64,000 bases of DNA from Eledone cirrhosa (GCA_964016885.1 OZ024750.1:4030001-4094000), one strand, 5' to 3'; shown: positions 41,757 to 56,399, numbered from the stretch's first letter. Made by a program: numbers and translations. The notes: generated by a model not told the origin, from the sequence alone.

Positions 41757-42965
41757 AGTTTTCCTTGACCTTCCTCTACAGCAGCTTCTTTCCACTGAGA
41801 ACTCTCACCACTTCTGCCAAAGTCTTCCTTGACCTTCCTCTACAGCAGCTTCTTTCCACTGAGAACTCTCACCACTTCTGCCAAAGTCTTCCTTGACCTT
41901 CCTCTACAGCAGCTTCTTTCCACTGAGAACTCTCACGACTTCTGCCAAAGTCTTCCTTGGCCTTCCTCTACAGCAGCTTCTTTCCACTGAGAACTCTCAC
42001 CACTTCTGCCAAAGTCTTCCTTGACCTTCCTCTACAGCAGCTTCTTTCCACTGAGAACTCTCACCACTTCTGCCAAAGTCTTCCTTGACCTTCCTCTACA
42101 GCAGCTTCTTTCCACTGAGAACTCTCACCACTTCTGCCAAAGTCTTCCTTGACCTTCCTCTACAGCAGCTTCTTTCCACTGAGAACTCTCACCACTTCTG
42201 CCAAAGTCTTCCTTGACCTTCCTCTACAGCAGCTTCTTTCCACTGAGAACTCTCACCACTTCTGCCAAAGTCTTCCTTGACCTTCCTCTACAGCAGCTTC
42301 TTTCCACTGAGAACTCTCACCACTTCTGCCAAAGTCTTCCTTGACCTTCCTCTACAGCAGCTTCTTTCCACTGAGAACTCTCACGACTTCTGCCAAAGTC
42401 TTCCTTGGCCTTCCTCTACAGCAGCTTCTTTCCACTGAGAACTCTCACCACTTCTGCCAAAGTCTTCCTTGGCCTTCTTCTACAGCAGCTTCTTTCCACT
42501 GGGAACTCTCACCACTTCTGCCAAAGTCTTCCTTGGCCTTCTTCTACAGCAGCTTCTTTCCACTGAGAACTCTCACCACTTCTGCCAAAGTCTTCCTTGG
42601 CCTTCTTCTACAGCAGCTTCTTTCCACTGAGAACTCTCACCACTTCTGCCAAAGTCTTCCTTGGCCTTCTTCTACAGCAGCTTCTTTCCACTGAGAACTC
42701 TCACCACTTCTGCCAAAGTCTTCCTTGGCCTTCTTCTACAGCAGCTTCTTTCCACTGAGAACTCTCACCACTTCTGCTAAAGTCTTCCTTGACCTTCCTT
42801 TACAGCAGCTTCTTTCCACTGGGAACTCTCACCACTTCTGCTAAAGTCTTCCTTGACCTTCCTTTACAGCAGCTTCTTTCCATTGAGAACTCTCACCACT
42901 TCTGCCAAAGTCTTCCTTGGCCTTCTTCTACAGCAGCTTCTTTCCACTGGGAACTCTCACCACTT
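41757..42965. repeat. Tandem repeat, 64-bp unit x ~19
   Basis: TTCCTTGACCTTCCTCTACAGCAGCTTCTTTCCACTGAGAACTCTCACCACTTCTGCCAAAGTC; the minus strand resembles the RTE RGRPRKTW segment. Confidence 0.95.
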
Positions 42966-43345
42966 CTTCCCCCAACAATCATCATCCATATTCATATATT
43001 CATCACAAGTTTTTTTTTTAAATGAGAGCTGATGAAAGTGAAGATGTGTGTATAAACTTGTCTTGTACATCACCTTTCTTTATTTCCTTCTTCCAGTCAT
43101 TTCTGTGCGCCAGTGCATTTCTCCTTGTCCTCATTCTCTTTCGATATTTTCCATATTTCATCTGCCTGTCGCCCACCTTGTGGATTGTCTCTCTGTTGAC
43201 CACTGGCAGCTGGTCTCTGTCCTCTCAGGCATTTCTGCCCATCGCTGTCTTTGACAGCATTCAGCTGTTTTAAAGGCTATTCTAGTGATGAGTTTTCTCA
43301 TTTTTATATGTATTCAATTAAATTAAATATTTCCCCATTTTTCAG

Positions 43346-43410
43346 GGAGAATATATTGGGACAGATTGGATCTGGGACTGGTCAAGTAGGCCAGAAATTC
43401 AGCCTATTGG
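43346..43410 (+). CDS. BNIP3: BNIP3-like coding exon C (DWIWDWSSRPE motif)
   Basis: ttttcAG acceptor, G|GTAAGT donor. GEYIGTDWIWDWSSRPEIQPI(G) contains the hallmark BNIP3 motif DWIWDWSSRPE. Confidence 0.96.
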
Positions 43411-43624
43411 GTAAGTATTACTTCTTTTCATTGGTGTTTACTGATGTTGTTATTATTGTTGAGTAGTTCATATAACTACTTGAACAGACTAACAGACCTA
43501 CAGACTAATACCATTGAACAGACTAATAGATTGCCACAGATATATCTGATAAAATGTTTAACAGTAAGCAACAAATTCCAATTAGTTGGTTAGCATTACA
43601 GCTGTGGTCAGCCCCCCTGTCTCA

Positions 43625-43670
<46 letters not shown>

Positions 43671-43907
43671 CACTCTCTCTTTCTCTCCCTACTCTCTAGA
43701 TCCCTCTCGCTCTCTCTCTCTACTCTCTCTCACTCACTACACTCTATATCTCTCTCTCTAGATCTCAGCTGTCCTATGGTTTAACATTTACATATGTAAC
43801 CTCATTTTATTTTTTAAATCACTTGGAAGTCTATTGAGGAATATATCAGTAGCAACACTGAACAGCTCACCTAGCTCTAAAAGAAGTTCCTTTACTAGTT
43901 TCTACTA

Positions 43908-44326
43908 ATAATTGTTTCTACTTTTGGCACAAGGCCAGCAATTACCCCAGTGTATTACTGGTACTTTATTTATTGACCCCGTAAGAATGAAAGGCAAAAT
44001 TAACCTCAGCGGGATTTGAAATCAGACCGTAAAGGGCCGTAACTCTATGCTGCAAATCATGGCGTCCAACCCTCTACCGATACTGCCAATCCACCACCTA
44101 ACAGAAGAGATGACATTATTAAGGTGGATTATTAAGATGATGGATTGGCATTATTGGTACAGAGTGGAACACCATGCTTTGCAACATAGAGTTACAGCCC
44201 TTTATGGTCTGAGTTCAAATCCTGCTGAAGTTAAGTTTGCCTTTCATCCTTATAGGGTCTATAAAATAAAGTACCAGTAATGTACTGGGTAATTGCTGGC
44301 CTTGTGCCAAAAGTAGAAACAATTAT
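43908..44326. mobile_element. Head-to-head inverted SINE S1 pair (43908-44097 -, 44140-44326 +)
   Basis: Two near-full copies in opposite orientation, ~40 bp apart, in the intron between BNIP3 exons C and D. Confidence 0.9.
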
Positions 44327-44511
44327 ATTGTATTATTTGAGAAGTTTGAATAGTAAGTGCTCAGGAGTGTAGTCAATAATGTGGTCTCCTGATAAATGAC
44401 AGATACATGGTTCAAGTCCCATAAGGGGCCCTGTCTGTACCTCTTTTCTGCCTCAGATTGGTTCATATAATGTCTAATATTAAAACATTTACACTTGTAT
44501 TTTTTCTACAG

Positions 44512-44658
44512 AGATTTTAGTGGATATTTCAAACACCCCCGCCGCCACAGACTCAGTGTGCGTAACACCAAAGTGTTGCGTAGTGGTGTCTTCTGTATGG
44601 AAAATCTGCCAACTTTATTAATATCCCATGCGTGTTCCTTTGTTTTGGGAGCAGCAGT
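44512..44658 (+). CDS. BNIP3: BNIP3-like coding exon D (FKHP motif, start of TM helix)
   Basis: ttttctacAG acceptor, GTAAGT donor. DFSGYFKHPRRHRLSVRNTKVLRSGVFCMENLPTLLISHACSFVLGAA(V) aligns with human FKHPKR..LSMRNTSVMKKGGIF..LPSLLLSH. Phase 2->2. Confidence 0.95.
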
Positions 44659-44787
44659 GTAAGTATTTTTTTTCTTAGCTATTTTGTTGTTGTTTTTAAA
44701 TATGGTTCTTTAGTGGGTGGTGGTGGGGTGGGGATTGCATCAGTTCTTTCATTTATTTTCATGTGTTGGATAGACAGATAATACATA

Positions 44788-44899
<112 letters not shown>

Positions 44900-45059
44900 G
44901 TAGAACACTGGAAGGTAATATCCGTAGTGGTAGAGCACTCAGTCCATGGGACGAGTTTGGTAGAAGTGGTAACACAACAGTTAGTTCACCATACCGAGAA
45001 CAATTGCTTCACATTAGCTCTGAGTTCTTCATCCTCAGTGTATACTGACTAATGTTCAG

Positions 45060-45350
45060 AGCTTTACTGTAGCACCGGCTCAGAACAGGAGAGTTAAGGC
45101 AAAAAAGATATTGGATGCTGAATTTGCCGACAACATAGTTTTGGTGACAAACACAGTGAAGGAGGCAGAGGATTTGATGCAGGAGGTGGAGACTGTGTCG
45201 ATGAGTGTGGGGCTGAGAATGAATGAGATTAAGATGAAGTATCTGGTAGAGAATATTAAGAAGCCAGAGAAGATTACTAATGCAGGTGGGAAGCCGCTAG
45301 AATTGGTTGAGGACTTCCTGTATTTAGGAGCAAAGATTGGGAATATGGAA
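45060..45350 (+). mobile_element. LINE reverse-transcriptase fragment
   Basis: EFADNIVLV (decayed FADD) ..VGLRMNEIKMK..LELVEDFLYLGAKI. Confidence 0.8.
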
Positions 45351-46264
45351 GATATATATATATATAGTTTAAGGAAACGATAAAACAAAGGTACAAAAAG
45401 TCTTATTTTCACTCTTTATATGGAAAAGGGGGAAACAAGTTTGACGTGTTGGGCTTTAGCTCTTCCTCAGGAGTATATTGCTAATGAAATACACTCTGTT
45501 TTAATTAATTAATGAAGAATTTCAAGCGATTTACTAAAATTATTAATTATTTCATTAGTAAGATAGTAACTTAATATAAGAATCTTATATAAAATTATGT
45601 TGGAAGGTTTTAATTTAAATTGGAAACCTTTAAAATGGGTGATTTTATTTCATAGAACCAGAGCCAGTCAAACATTTTAATGATTCAGCCATGCTACTCC
45701 CATGTGTTTAGGGAGACAGAAAATAAATAAAGTCACAATAAATATGTACATAAATTATTAATACACAGTGTTGACTGTTGATATTTTATCTCTGTTAGTA
45801 ACGTGAACTATGAAGTTGAGAATGATATTTATATTCAGCTAGATTGCTTACAGCTTGTACTTTACGAGACAAGCTGCTGGTTTTCTGGATATGTAATGCC
45901 AGCTAAGTGATAAATATGCTACAACTTAATCAATAATTGAGCCCACATATGATAGAAGTAGGCTGAACAACATCTATGAAACATTGGCTAGAAAAAGCCT
46001 GAAGACATTTGAGCTCATTTATGTTATATAACTAACTCTCTTTAACCCTTTAACATTTACATTACTTTATATTTATTATTGTATTTTCACAGTAAAGGCT
46101 TTATCTCACATAATTATCTCATAATATCGAAGCTACAAGATTTTGATGTTATTTATTTTGAGAACAATATCTTAACATTAGTATGAGTGGCCAATTATGG
46201 CTGGTTTGAACAGAAAGAGGTGAGAAAATCCTGGCCGGATATGGCCGGTTTAAATGCTAAAGAA

Positions 46265-46620
46265 TTCAAGTATTCATATCTAACAACCCTGAGCACCTTT
46301 TTGAATTCCATGTGTCTAACACACGTGGGCATGCCAACAAAGTCAGAAAACAGCACAGCTCCCATGACTTTTGGAAACATTTTTTCACGCTCAGAGTTGC
46401 TGAAGCATGGAACAAACTACCTGCATCAATTGTTAGCTGTCGAGACACTGCATCCTTTAAGGCCTCCATGGAACAAACTACCTGCATCGGTTGTTAGCTG
46501 TCGAGACACTGCATCCTTTAAAACCTCCATGGAACAAACTACCTGCATCAATTGTTAGCTGTCGAGACACTGCATCCTTTAAAACCTCCATCCTTCCTGA
46601 GATTCGCCAACACTACACCT
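46265..46620 (+). mobile_element. CR1-like LINE 3' end containing a 3 x 61-bp tandem duplication (46407-46590)
   Basis: TRGHANKV..HFFTLRVAEAWNKLP matches the CR1 ORF2 C-terminal pattern. Confidence 0.8.
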
Positions 46621-48380
46621 AGTATTCATCCTCCATACACACGCACACATGTATATCATGACATACACTGTTTCCTGACATTTGTACATTATTCTATCTA
46701 CTATACATGCACCTTTGATGATTATTATTATTAAATTAATAAAATAAAGTACCAGTAATACACTGGGTAATTGCTGGCCTTGTGCCAAAAGTAGAAACAA
46801 TTATTATTAAATTAAAACCATCAATCATAATTTTATGTTAGAGCCGCTACTTCGCTGAATAGAGAGATCACAACTCTGATATTATGGACATGTGGTTAGA
46901 ATGTCTCAGGAAAGAATCGCTGGACAGATTTTATGGGCAAAACCAACCGGCAAGAGACCCAGGGGTAGACCCCCCCCCCCCCCCCCCAAAAAAAAGGGGT
47001 TATATACGATGTCCCAAAAAATGTATACACACTTTGATTACCTGTACAGGCAATATTTATTAGAATGCTGTTGAAGTGTGTATACATATTTTGGGGTCAC
47101 CCTGTATATATATTTCCCAAATTCGTAATTATACTAGACATAATCTCATTATTTTCAAGATCTTAGGAGGCTATATATATTTCCTATATGTTCTATTATA
47201 AAGTGAAAACCATTTTAAATAATTACTTCATACATGAGAGGTAATTACAATTTCTTAATGAATCATAAAACCTTTTTCATCAAACAGCTAAAGTATGAGT
47301 TGTTAGCAACACAATAAACTGCTTACAACTGGCTACAAAACTGCTTACAACTGGCTACAAAACTGCAAAATTACAAACCAACCCAATATCTTTCCACTTC
47401 ATATTGTGTATCTAAATACTAATGAAGGAATAATAAATAAATGCTAATTAAAATATGCCTATTCTCTCATAAACAAATCTCTTAATGGAAAATATATTGT
47501 TACTGTATTAAGATGTGAAATTATGTCTAGTGTATCTTTCTTCTACTTCTTCACCCACTTATTCCTGATAGGGTCATGGGGACAGAGTCCTCAAAAACTC
47601 CTTCCAGTGGGTCCTGTCAGAAGCAACCATCTTCAACTGATCTGGCTGGAACCCCCGAACAAGACCAGCCAAGCTCATGGATGTTATCCAACCATCTTGT
47701 TCAGGGGTCTACCCCTGAGTCTCTTATTGGTTGGTTTTGCTTGTAAAAATCTGTCCAGCGATTCTTTCCTGAAACATTCTAACCACATACTCATAGTATC
47801 GGAGCTGTGATCTTTCAATTCAGAGAGCTAGCAGCTCTAACTGAAGTGACTCTCTCATCCCCAAGCTACAAATATCTCCTGTGATTCTTCCCTGAGATAT
47901 TCTAACCATATGTCCATAGTATCAGAGCTGTGATCTCTCAATTTGGAGAGGTAGCAGCTCTACCTGGAGTGACTCTCTCATCTCCAAGCTACACACTCTA
48001 TCAAGTAACGTTACTCCACAGACCCTTCAGAGGAACCCCATTTCGGTTGCTTATATTCACGATCATATTCTTTCAGTCATTACCCTTTCCCTCAAAATTT
48101 CTGGTCTTGTTAGAAACCATTATTCTCTTGATTTAATTAACTTCCTGTCTCCCTCAAAAGAATCCTAAAAGAATTCTGGTCGGATATGGTCGGTTTAAAT
48201 GCTAAAGGGTTAATCGACTTTCTCCTCCTCAAAATTGCTGGCCTTGTGCCTATATTGTTTTTCATCCTTACGGGGTCGATAAAATAAAGTACCAGTAATG
48301 CACTGGGTAATTGCTGGCCTTGTGCCAAAAGTAGAAACCATTATAATAATAATTTTTCTTTTTTCTTATCTCTTTTCCAG

Positions 48381-48447
48381 AATGTTCATGTACCTGAAGA
48401 AATATTGTAACTGGGCCGCTGTGATCGCTCACCATGCTTTGGATTGA
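48381..48447 (+). CDS. BNIP3: BNIP3-like terminal coding exon E (end of TM, C-tail, stop)
   Basis: ttttccAG acceptor. (V)MFMYLKKYCNWAAVIAHHALD* with TGA at 48445-48447; in frame with exon D and completes a hydrophobic helix followed by KK. Confidence 0.88.
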
Positions 48448-49632
48448 AGTGAAAAGATCAGATTTTGTTTCAAATGGGAAAAAAAAACATAAAAACAAAA
48501 CAAAACACAAAAAAAATTCAAAGAACACACCTACAAACAAAAAAACAACCAACACCAACAACAAAGCTGTTGTATAAACTAATTTAAACAACAATATTGG
48601 GTTCCACACAAATATCCACACAAGCAGAAAACTGCATGGTTTTGTTCTGGGGTTTATATATTATATTGTTTTTTTGTTATATTTTTATTTCTCTTTTATA
48701 AACGGCTTGGGGAAATAATTTTAACTACTCTCTCTCCCTCTTTATCTTTCTCTGTACCTCTCTCTCTGTCTCTCTTTACCGTTCTCTCTCTCTCCCCCTC
48801 TGTCTCTCTTTACCGTTCTCTCTCTCTCCCTCTCTCTCTGTTTTCATTTGTTTTTAAACTTTTCTTTTTAACATTTAAAACAGAAATAAGTCTTATTTTG
48901 CAGCTGTTTCTTTTCTTTCTTTTTTTTCCCAATCTTCTTCTTCTTCTCCTTCTCCTTCTCCTTCTTCTTCTTAATATAATGATAATAATAATTATTATTA
49001 TACATAACCAATCTCTTGGACTTTTACGAAGTACCGAGGTGATAAAGTTAATATAAAGAGTTGTGTGCTCATGTGTGGAGATGTGAAGTCCCTTAAAGAT
49101 GGGAAAAGAAGTTGCCATTGGCTGCTACACATGAGTATACCACTCTTTATAATAATTATTATTTCGAGGGCTGTGGACGTATACAGAAGGATACAAGACT
49201 GGTTGCTTCAGTACTTCACTGTTCTGTGTTCAATTCCTGCCGGAATCAACTCTCTGCCTTTCATTCCTTCAAGGTTGATAATATATGATAAGTACCAGTT
49301 ATATACTAAGGTCAATCAATACCTTATTACTATGTCCTCTCCTCTGTAAAATAAGCCACCAGCCTTGTAGAGAAAGTATTAATTTAAAAATAAAATTTTT
49401 TATTTTTTAGAATTTCTCTGACCAAAGTTAGGAATTTTTTCTGTACTCAGTAATATAAATACAACGGTGAAAAATAAAGTATATTGCAGTGAAAAGATAA
49501 CATTTTTTTTAGTTAAACAAATATATATTACACCACAAGATTACATATTCACAAGCATGCACTTATATACATTTGTTTCATATTTTTCTTTCTAAATTTG
49601 GTACTTTATTGACTTTTAAATCTGTACTTTAA

Positions 49633-49912
49633 CCCTTTAGCATTTACCTTACTCTATATTTACTATTGTATTTTCATGGTAAAGGCTTTATCTTACATAA
49701 TATCGAAGCTACGAGATTTTGAGAACAATACCTTAACATCAGTATGAGTGGCCAGTTACAGCTTTCACATAATATCGAAGCTACGAGATTTTGATATTAT
49801 TTATTTTGAGAACACTACCTTAACATCAGTATGAGTGGCCAATTATGGCTGGTTTGAACAGAAAGAGGTGAGAGAATTCTGGCCAGATATGGCCGGTTTA
49901 AATGCTAAAGGG
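49633..49912 (+). mobile_element. piggyBac-type MITE with internal duplication
   Basis: Same TIRs and TTAA. Other copies at 46046-46262, 52375-52592, 54842-55019, 60981-61188 and 63375-63585. Confidence 0.88.
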
Positions 49913-50112
49913 TTAAACAATTTGGCTTGTAAATAATGTGTGTTTACATTAATTTTATGATCTAAGTCCAACCTTTTATTTTATTTTTATATATATATAT
50001 ATATATAATAAATACTCCAGGATTTTTTCATTCTGATGATTGAAAGCAAAATTTTTTTTGCTTTTAAGAAACCACTGGTAAATGAAATAATTGCCTTATG
50101 TTGTTTATTACA

Positions 50113-50170
<58 letters not shown>

Positions 50171-50855
50171 CTTTCTGTCTTGGTAACCTTAAGTTGTGAA
50201 ATTGTATTGTAAATCATCTAATGATTTTTTTTCTCTCTCTCTATCTCTGTCTCTCGCTCTCCCTTTCTCGCTCTCCCTCTTTCGCTCTCCCTCTCTTGCT
50301 CTCCCTCTCTCGCTCTCCCTCTCTTGCTCTCCTTCTCTCGCTCTCTATGCACACTCACACATGCATACATATACACTGCTGCATTCTATATAAACAATCT
50401 TATCCTATACATATGTTACATATATAGACACAAGTTCAAATCTCACTGAGGTTAACTTTGCCTTTCATCCTTATGGGGGTCAATAAAATAAAATAAAGTA
50501 CCAGTCTCGCACTGGGGTCGATTTAATCGACTTTCCCCTCTTCTTCAAATTGCTGGCCTTGTGCCTAAAGTAGAAACAATTATATAAAGACAATTATTTT
50601 GCTAAGACTTATAGCCTGTACTACTTAAAAAAACAAATCTCAGTATTTAGTATAAAGGTGGAAGACGAAGAGTGAAAGAATATGTAAGATATCAAATGTA
50701 AGATATCAAATGGAGATATCAAATGTAAGATATCAAATGTAAGATATCAAATGGAGATATGAATGAATTTGGGACCATTTCTTAATATTTTTAAGAGAGA
50801 AACAAGTTGAATGTAAAATTTATTATCATCATCCTTATTGATATATTTTATTATT

Positions 50856-51730
50856 TGGACGCCATGCTTTGACGCATAGAGTTACGGCCCTTGCCATTCT
50901 GAGTTCAAATCCCGCCAAGGTTAACTTTGCCTTTCATCCTTACGGGGTCGATAAAATAAAGTACCAGTAATGCACTGGGGTCAATTTAATCAACTTTCCC
51001 CTCCCCCCAAATTACTGGCCTTGTGCCTATACTAGAAATCATTATTATTATTATTATTATTATAATGGCGGTGGATTGGCAGTATCGGTAGAGAGTTGGA
51101 CAACATGCTTTGTGGCATGGAGTTACGTCCCTTTACGCTCTGAATTTAAATCCCGCCGAGTTTAGCTTTGCCTTTCATCCTTACGAGGTCGATAGAATAA
51201 AGTACCAGTAACACACTAGGGTTGATTTAATCGACTTTCCACTCCCCCAAAATTGCTGGCCTTGTGCCTATATAAGAAACATTATTATTATTATTTAACC
51301 GGCAGTATTGTTAGATCATCGGTCAAAATGCTTAAAGGTATTTTATTCAGAAGTTTCTATATTCTGAGTTCAAATCCCGCCGAGGTCAACTTTGCCTTTA
51401 ATCATCTTTCCAGGCATTGATAAAATAAAGTACCAGTTAAATACTGAGGTAAATGTAACTGACTCCCCTCCCTTTCTCCTTCCACAACAAAATTGCTGGC
51501 CTTGTGCCATAATTAGAACTCATTATTATCGTCATCAAGGGCGGTGAATTGGCAGTATCGGTAAAGGGTTGGACGCCATGCTTTCTAGCATAGTTACGTC
51601 CCATTACTGTCTGAGTTCAAATCCCTTCGAGGTAAACTTTGCCTTTCATCCTTACTGGGTCGATAAAATAAAGTACCAGTAATACACTGGGTAATTGCTG
51701 GCCTTGTGCCAAAAGTAGAAACAATTATTA
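50856..51730 (+). mobile_element. Head-to-tail cluster of four SINE S1 copies
   Basis: Each copy begins in the (ATT)n tail of the previous one. Further + copies at 50433-50582, 54138-54535 (two) and 60488-60945 (two); a - copy at 56179-56337. Confidence 0.88.
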
Positions 51731-53297
51731 TATTCTACTTTGCTGATGTTTATGTACACTGCTGAGATGTTATGTTGTGAGTTTATGTGTTGGAAACTTA
51801 TATGGGAAAAGAACCGTAATGATAAGGGATCTGTTTCGAGAATATTGTGTGACGACTCTGCAAAGCTTGGTTGGTTGGTTGGTTGGTTGGTTGAAGGCCT
51901 CAGCAGTGAGTAAGAAAAAAAAAAAAAGAAATGGAGGAATTTTTTTTTTAATATGAAATGAAATGAAAAAAATTTTTTGGGTTTTTAATATGAAATGAAA
52001 TAAAGAGTTGTTGGAATTAGGAAACATTAAAAATTAAAACAGATGGTGAAATAATTGTATGGACAGATTTTTTTTTTATAGAAAAAAGATTTTTAAAAAA
52101 GACAAGAAAAAAAATTCCCAAAACTGCACAGATGAAAGACATGAATTTTTAATTCTATTTTTATCTATTCTTATATTGTTTTTTTTTTAATGGGGGGGAA
52201 GAAGAAACAAAAACATAAACAAAACAAAACAAAACAAAACAAAACAAGAAAATAATCTAACATATTGAAATATTTTAGAAGATTACTTTTCTGTTGAGTT
52301 TCTCAAGTAATCCTTCGTTTATTTTGTGTATGTGCGTGTTCATGTTATATTTCATTAGCTTATGTGATTCTTAACCCATTAGCATTTACATTACTCTATA
52401 TATACTATTGTATTTTCGCTGTAAAGGCTTTATTTCTCATAACATCTCACATAATATTGAATCTATGAGATTTTGATATTATTTATTTTGAGAACAATAC
52501 CTTAACATCAGTATGAGTGGCCAGTTACAGCCGGTTTCAACAGGAGGTGAGAGAATTCTAGCCGGATATGGCCAGTTTAAATGCTAAAGGGGTTAAACAA
52601 AGCTGTAAATCAGTACATACATTTAATCTGTGGAAAAAAGATATTCCTAATATGAAGAGTATCAATGTATAATGTGTATAATGTATGGAAACAATGTTTT
52701 CTAACTTTAATATAACATTTTAAAAAACAATAATGCTTAAGTGAAGTAAAGACATTCATATATATAAATATATACATATATATTATAGTTTGTAGTGGCA
52801 AACATCTTAGTGTAAAGGAAGTTAAGCTCCTAGCAAGTTGAATCTATAATTTCTAGTTTCAATTCTGTTTTAGCAAATTTCACTTGCATATGCTGTTAAA
52901 TACCCTTGGGAAAGGTATTAATGTCACAACATCATATTCCCTTCTTCCCTGTGACTTTGTGGCTTTGTACAAAATCAATATTTTTAATTGGTAGATATTA
53001 CAATAACTGCCTGCAACTATTGTATTTGTCGACATATTGTCTTCATTTTCAATTTAAAATTTATAGATCTGTTTTTGTGTGTCTTTTATTTTTATTTTAT
53101 GTTGTTTTTTCCAATAATACAAGAGAAAGTTCAATACAGTCTCCAGTTGACTGATTGATCTCCAGTGTTTTTAAAGTTAGCATAAGGTTTTTTTTCCTCT
53201 TTAATGGCAACTACAAAAGCCTAAACTCTGGTTTCTTGTTTAACTAGACTAGACTTACAGTTCCTTTACATATATGTGAATATCAAATATTTTTCAC

Positions 53298-53338
<41 letters not shown>

Positions 53339-53520
53339 TTTATATGTATATATATATATACATGTATATATCTATATATATACATGTATATATGTATGTA
53401 TATATATATATATATGTGTATATATATGTATATGTATATATATATATATGTGTATATATATATATATATATACATACACATATATATATGTATATACATA
53501 CATATATATATATAATGTAT

Positions 53521-53563
<43 letters not shown>

Positions 53564-53571
53564 GTATGTAT

Positions 53572-53614
<43 letters not shown>

Positions 53615-53953
53615 GTATGTATATACATACATATATATATGTATGTATATACATTCATATATATATGTTTGTATTTGTATATATGTATGTATTTACATTC
53701 ATATATGTGTATGTATATGTATATATAAGGTATATATATATGTATATACATACATACAATTTATTCTTCTGTCAATGTTTTATAGTGATAAATGCATTTC
53801 CCCAATTTTATTATCTTTTTAATATTAAGAAGAAAAGAAAAAAATGAAATGAACAAACAAACAAACATACAAACAAATGAACATTTTATTTCATTATTTT
53901 TCTGAAAACAAAATAATTACAGAATCAGTTACTAAATAATAATTAATAATTAA

Positions 53954-53959
53954 AATAAA
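53954..53959 (+). terminator. Candidate distal poly(A) signal of BNIP3-like gene
   Basis: AATAAA followed by T/GT-rich TATTTTGTATTTGTCATTTGTT; proximal AATAAA candidates near 49389 and 49473. Confidence 0.3.
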
Positions 53960-56399
53960 TACTTATTATATTTTGTATTTGTCATTTGTTAAACTGTTTC
54001 TTTATTCTTTCTTTTCATTCAACTTTCTTAGTTGATGTTAAAAAAACCCACAAAAAGTCTACCTTAATAAAAGACATTACATTCTATATTAGATGTTATC
54101 TTCTTTATTTTCCTCTCATTTCATATGAATCATCATCATTGGCAGTATCGGTGGAGCGTCAGACGCCATGCTTTGCAGCATAGAGTTACGGCCCTTTACA
54201 TTCTGAGTTCATATCCTGCCAAGGTTAATTTTGTCTTTCATCCTTACGGGGTCGATAAAATGAAGTATCAGTAATGCACTGGAGTAACTGCTGGCCTTGT
54301 GCTAAAAGTAGAAACAATTATTATTTATTATTGGCATTGGTAGAGCATCAGACGCCATACTTTGCAGCATAGAGTTACGGCCCTTTACATTCTGAGTTGA
54401 AATCCCGCCGAGTTTAACTTTGCGTTTCATCCTTACGGGGTCGATGAAATAAGTACCAGTAATGTACTGAGGTTGATATAATCGATTTACCCCTCCCCCA
54501 AAATGCTGGCCTTGAGCCTATAGTAGAAATCATTATCATGAGTATCATAAGTCCACAGTTTCCTACCTTATATCTATCTGGTGCATGTGCTGGTATGGAC
54601 TTGTCCTCCACTTTCCACCAGATCAAAGAAGGGTGTCACTAACTTACTTTTGATTTAGAAATATCAAACAAGACATTGCCCAGATATCAGAATCTAGCAA
54701 CACAGGAAAGTTGTTTTTTAGCCCAGGTCAGGTCTGAACAGACCTATAATCAAAACATTCCATCCTTGACTATCCTGTTTTTTCTTGTATTTTGACAGTC
54801 TTTCTAAGACTGTATTATCAAATGAGCCCTTTGATATTTAACCCTTTAGCATTTACATTACTCTATATATACTATTGTATTTTCATGGTAAAGGCTTGAC
54901 CTCACATTTATTTTGAGAACAATACCTTAATATCAGTATGAGTGGCCTGTTACAGCTGGTTTGAGCAGAACAAGATGAGAGAATTCTGACCAGATATGGC
55001 CAGTTTAAATACTAAAGGATTAAGACTAGTATAATTTGAGGGAGAACTGGCTGCTAATTCTAGCATGTCAAATGCCTATATAAAAGGAGAAGAAATTAAT
55101 CCAAATAGCTGTTGACCATATATAGAAATTGTATGAGACTATAGGATAGTATTTCAATTTCAGAGGAGACTTGAAATCATGAGGATATCATTAAACATTC
55201 TCTTTCCCTACTAGCAAGGGTTGGATGGGTTTGCATAGACCAAGTCAGTACTGAAGTGGAGCTACTGACCTCCCAGACAGGCTGAGGGGGCTGTATACTG
55301 CTTACAGTCATAGAGTGTAGAAAAGTTGTGTCTTTTGACAAACTGAACGGCCTCCTAACCCCTTATTTGGGAAGCTTTCTATGGCTAGCTGCCCTTTCTA
55401 ACGCCTACTACTTTACAGAGTGTACTGGGTCCTTTTGTGTAGTTCACCAGCACTAGGGAGACTGTCATGTCCTTGACACAACTGAAGGGTCCTCCTAACC
55501 CCTTGTTCGACAAGCTTTCTATGGCTCGATGTCCTTCCTAACACCAACCACATTACGGTGTGTACTGCAAGCCTTTATTGTGTAGATCACCAATTTATAT
55601 ATATTGAATATAGAAGACAAGACGATCCAACAAGTCTCTTAACCTGTTATAAAGGGCAGCCAAATCTACCCCTAATTATACTCTACTATTTTTTACTGAA
55701 GATTTTACCAGCTGCTTTTTTTTTTGTTTGTTTATGTTCGTTTCGTATGTTCAGTAAGTCAATGTTTATTAAATCGGTTGTCTCCCTTCTAATACATTTG
55801 GATCTAGTTATCTTCCTTGCATAATTAACTATATATCTTTGTTTTAATTAGACTAACTCAAAATAGAATATATTTTATCCAAATACTGTTCTCGTGACTT
55901 GCAAATATCTGAATTTTTTTTTTTTCATTACTTCCCATTTCTATTCCTATAACGTTCAAATACTCTGTACTGAATATAGAAGAATTTCCTTTCGAATTTA
56001 CAGTGGTATACATATGGCTAGTTCATACTCGTATGGTAACTCCTAAGAGAGTCCTAGAGGGACCACATTGACATACAGCCTTTCTTAACCTAGCAGAGTC
56101 CCACTCCTCATCAGGTCAGAAATACAGCAGATTTCGTCGAGAGGATAGAGAGAAAGTGAGAAAGAGATATAGAGGAAGAATCGACCCCAGTATTTGACTG
56201 GTACTTTTTTCATAGACCTTAAAAGGATGAAAAGCAATGTTAACCCTGGTAGGATTTGAACTCATAGAGCAGACAGCTGAAATAAATAACACAAAGCATT
56301 CTCTCTGATGTTTTAATAACTCTGCCAATTTGCCGCCTAAGGTCATATAATTAATTATAATTCAATTTCTACTGGCTGAGGAAAGCATATCTGGATTTT

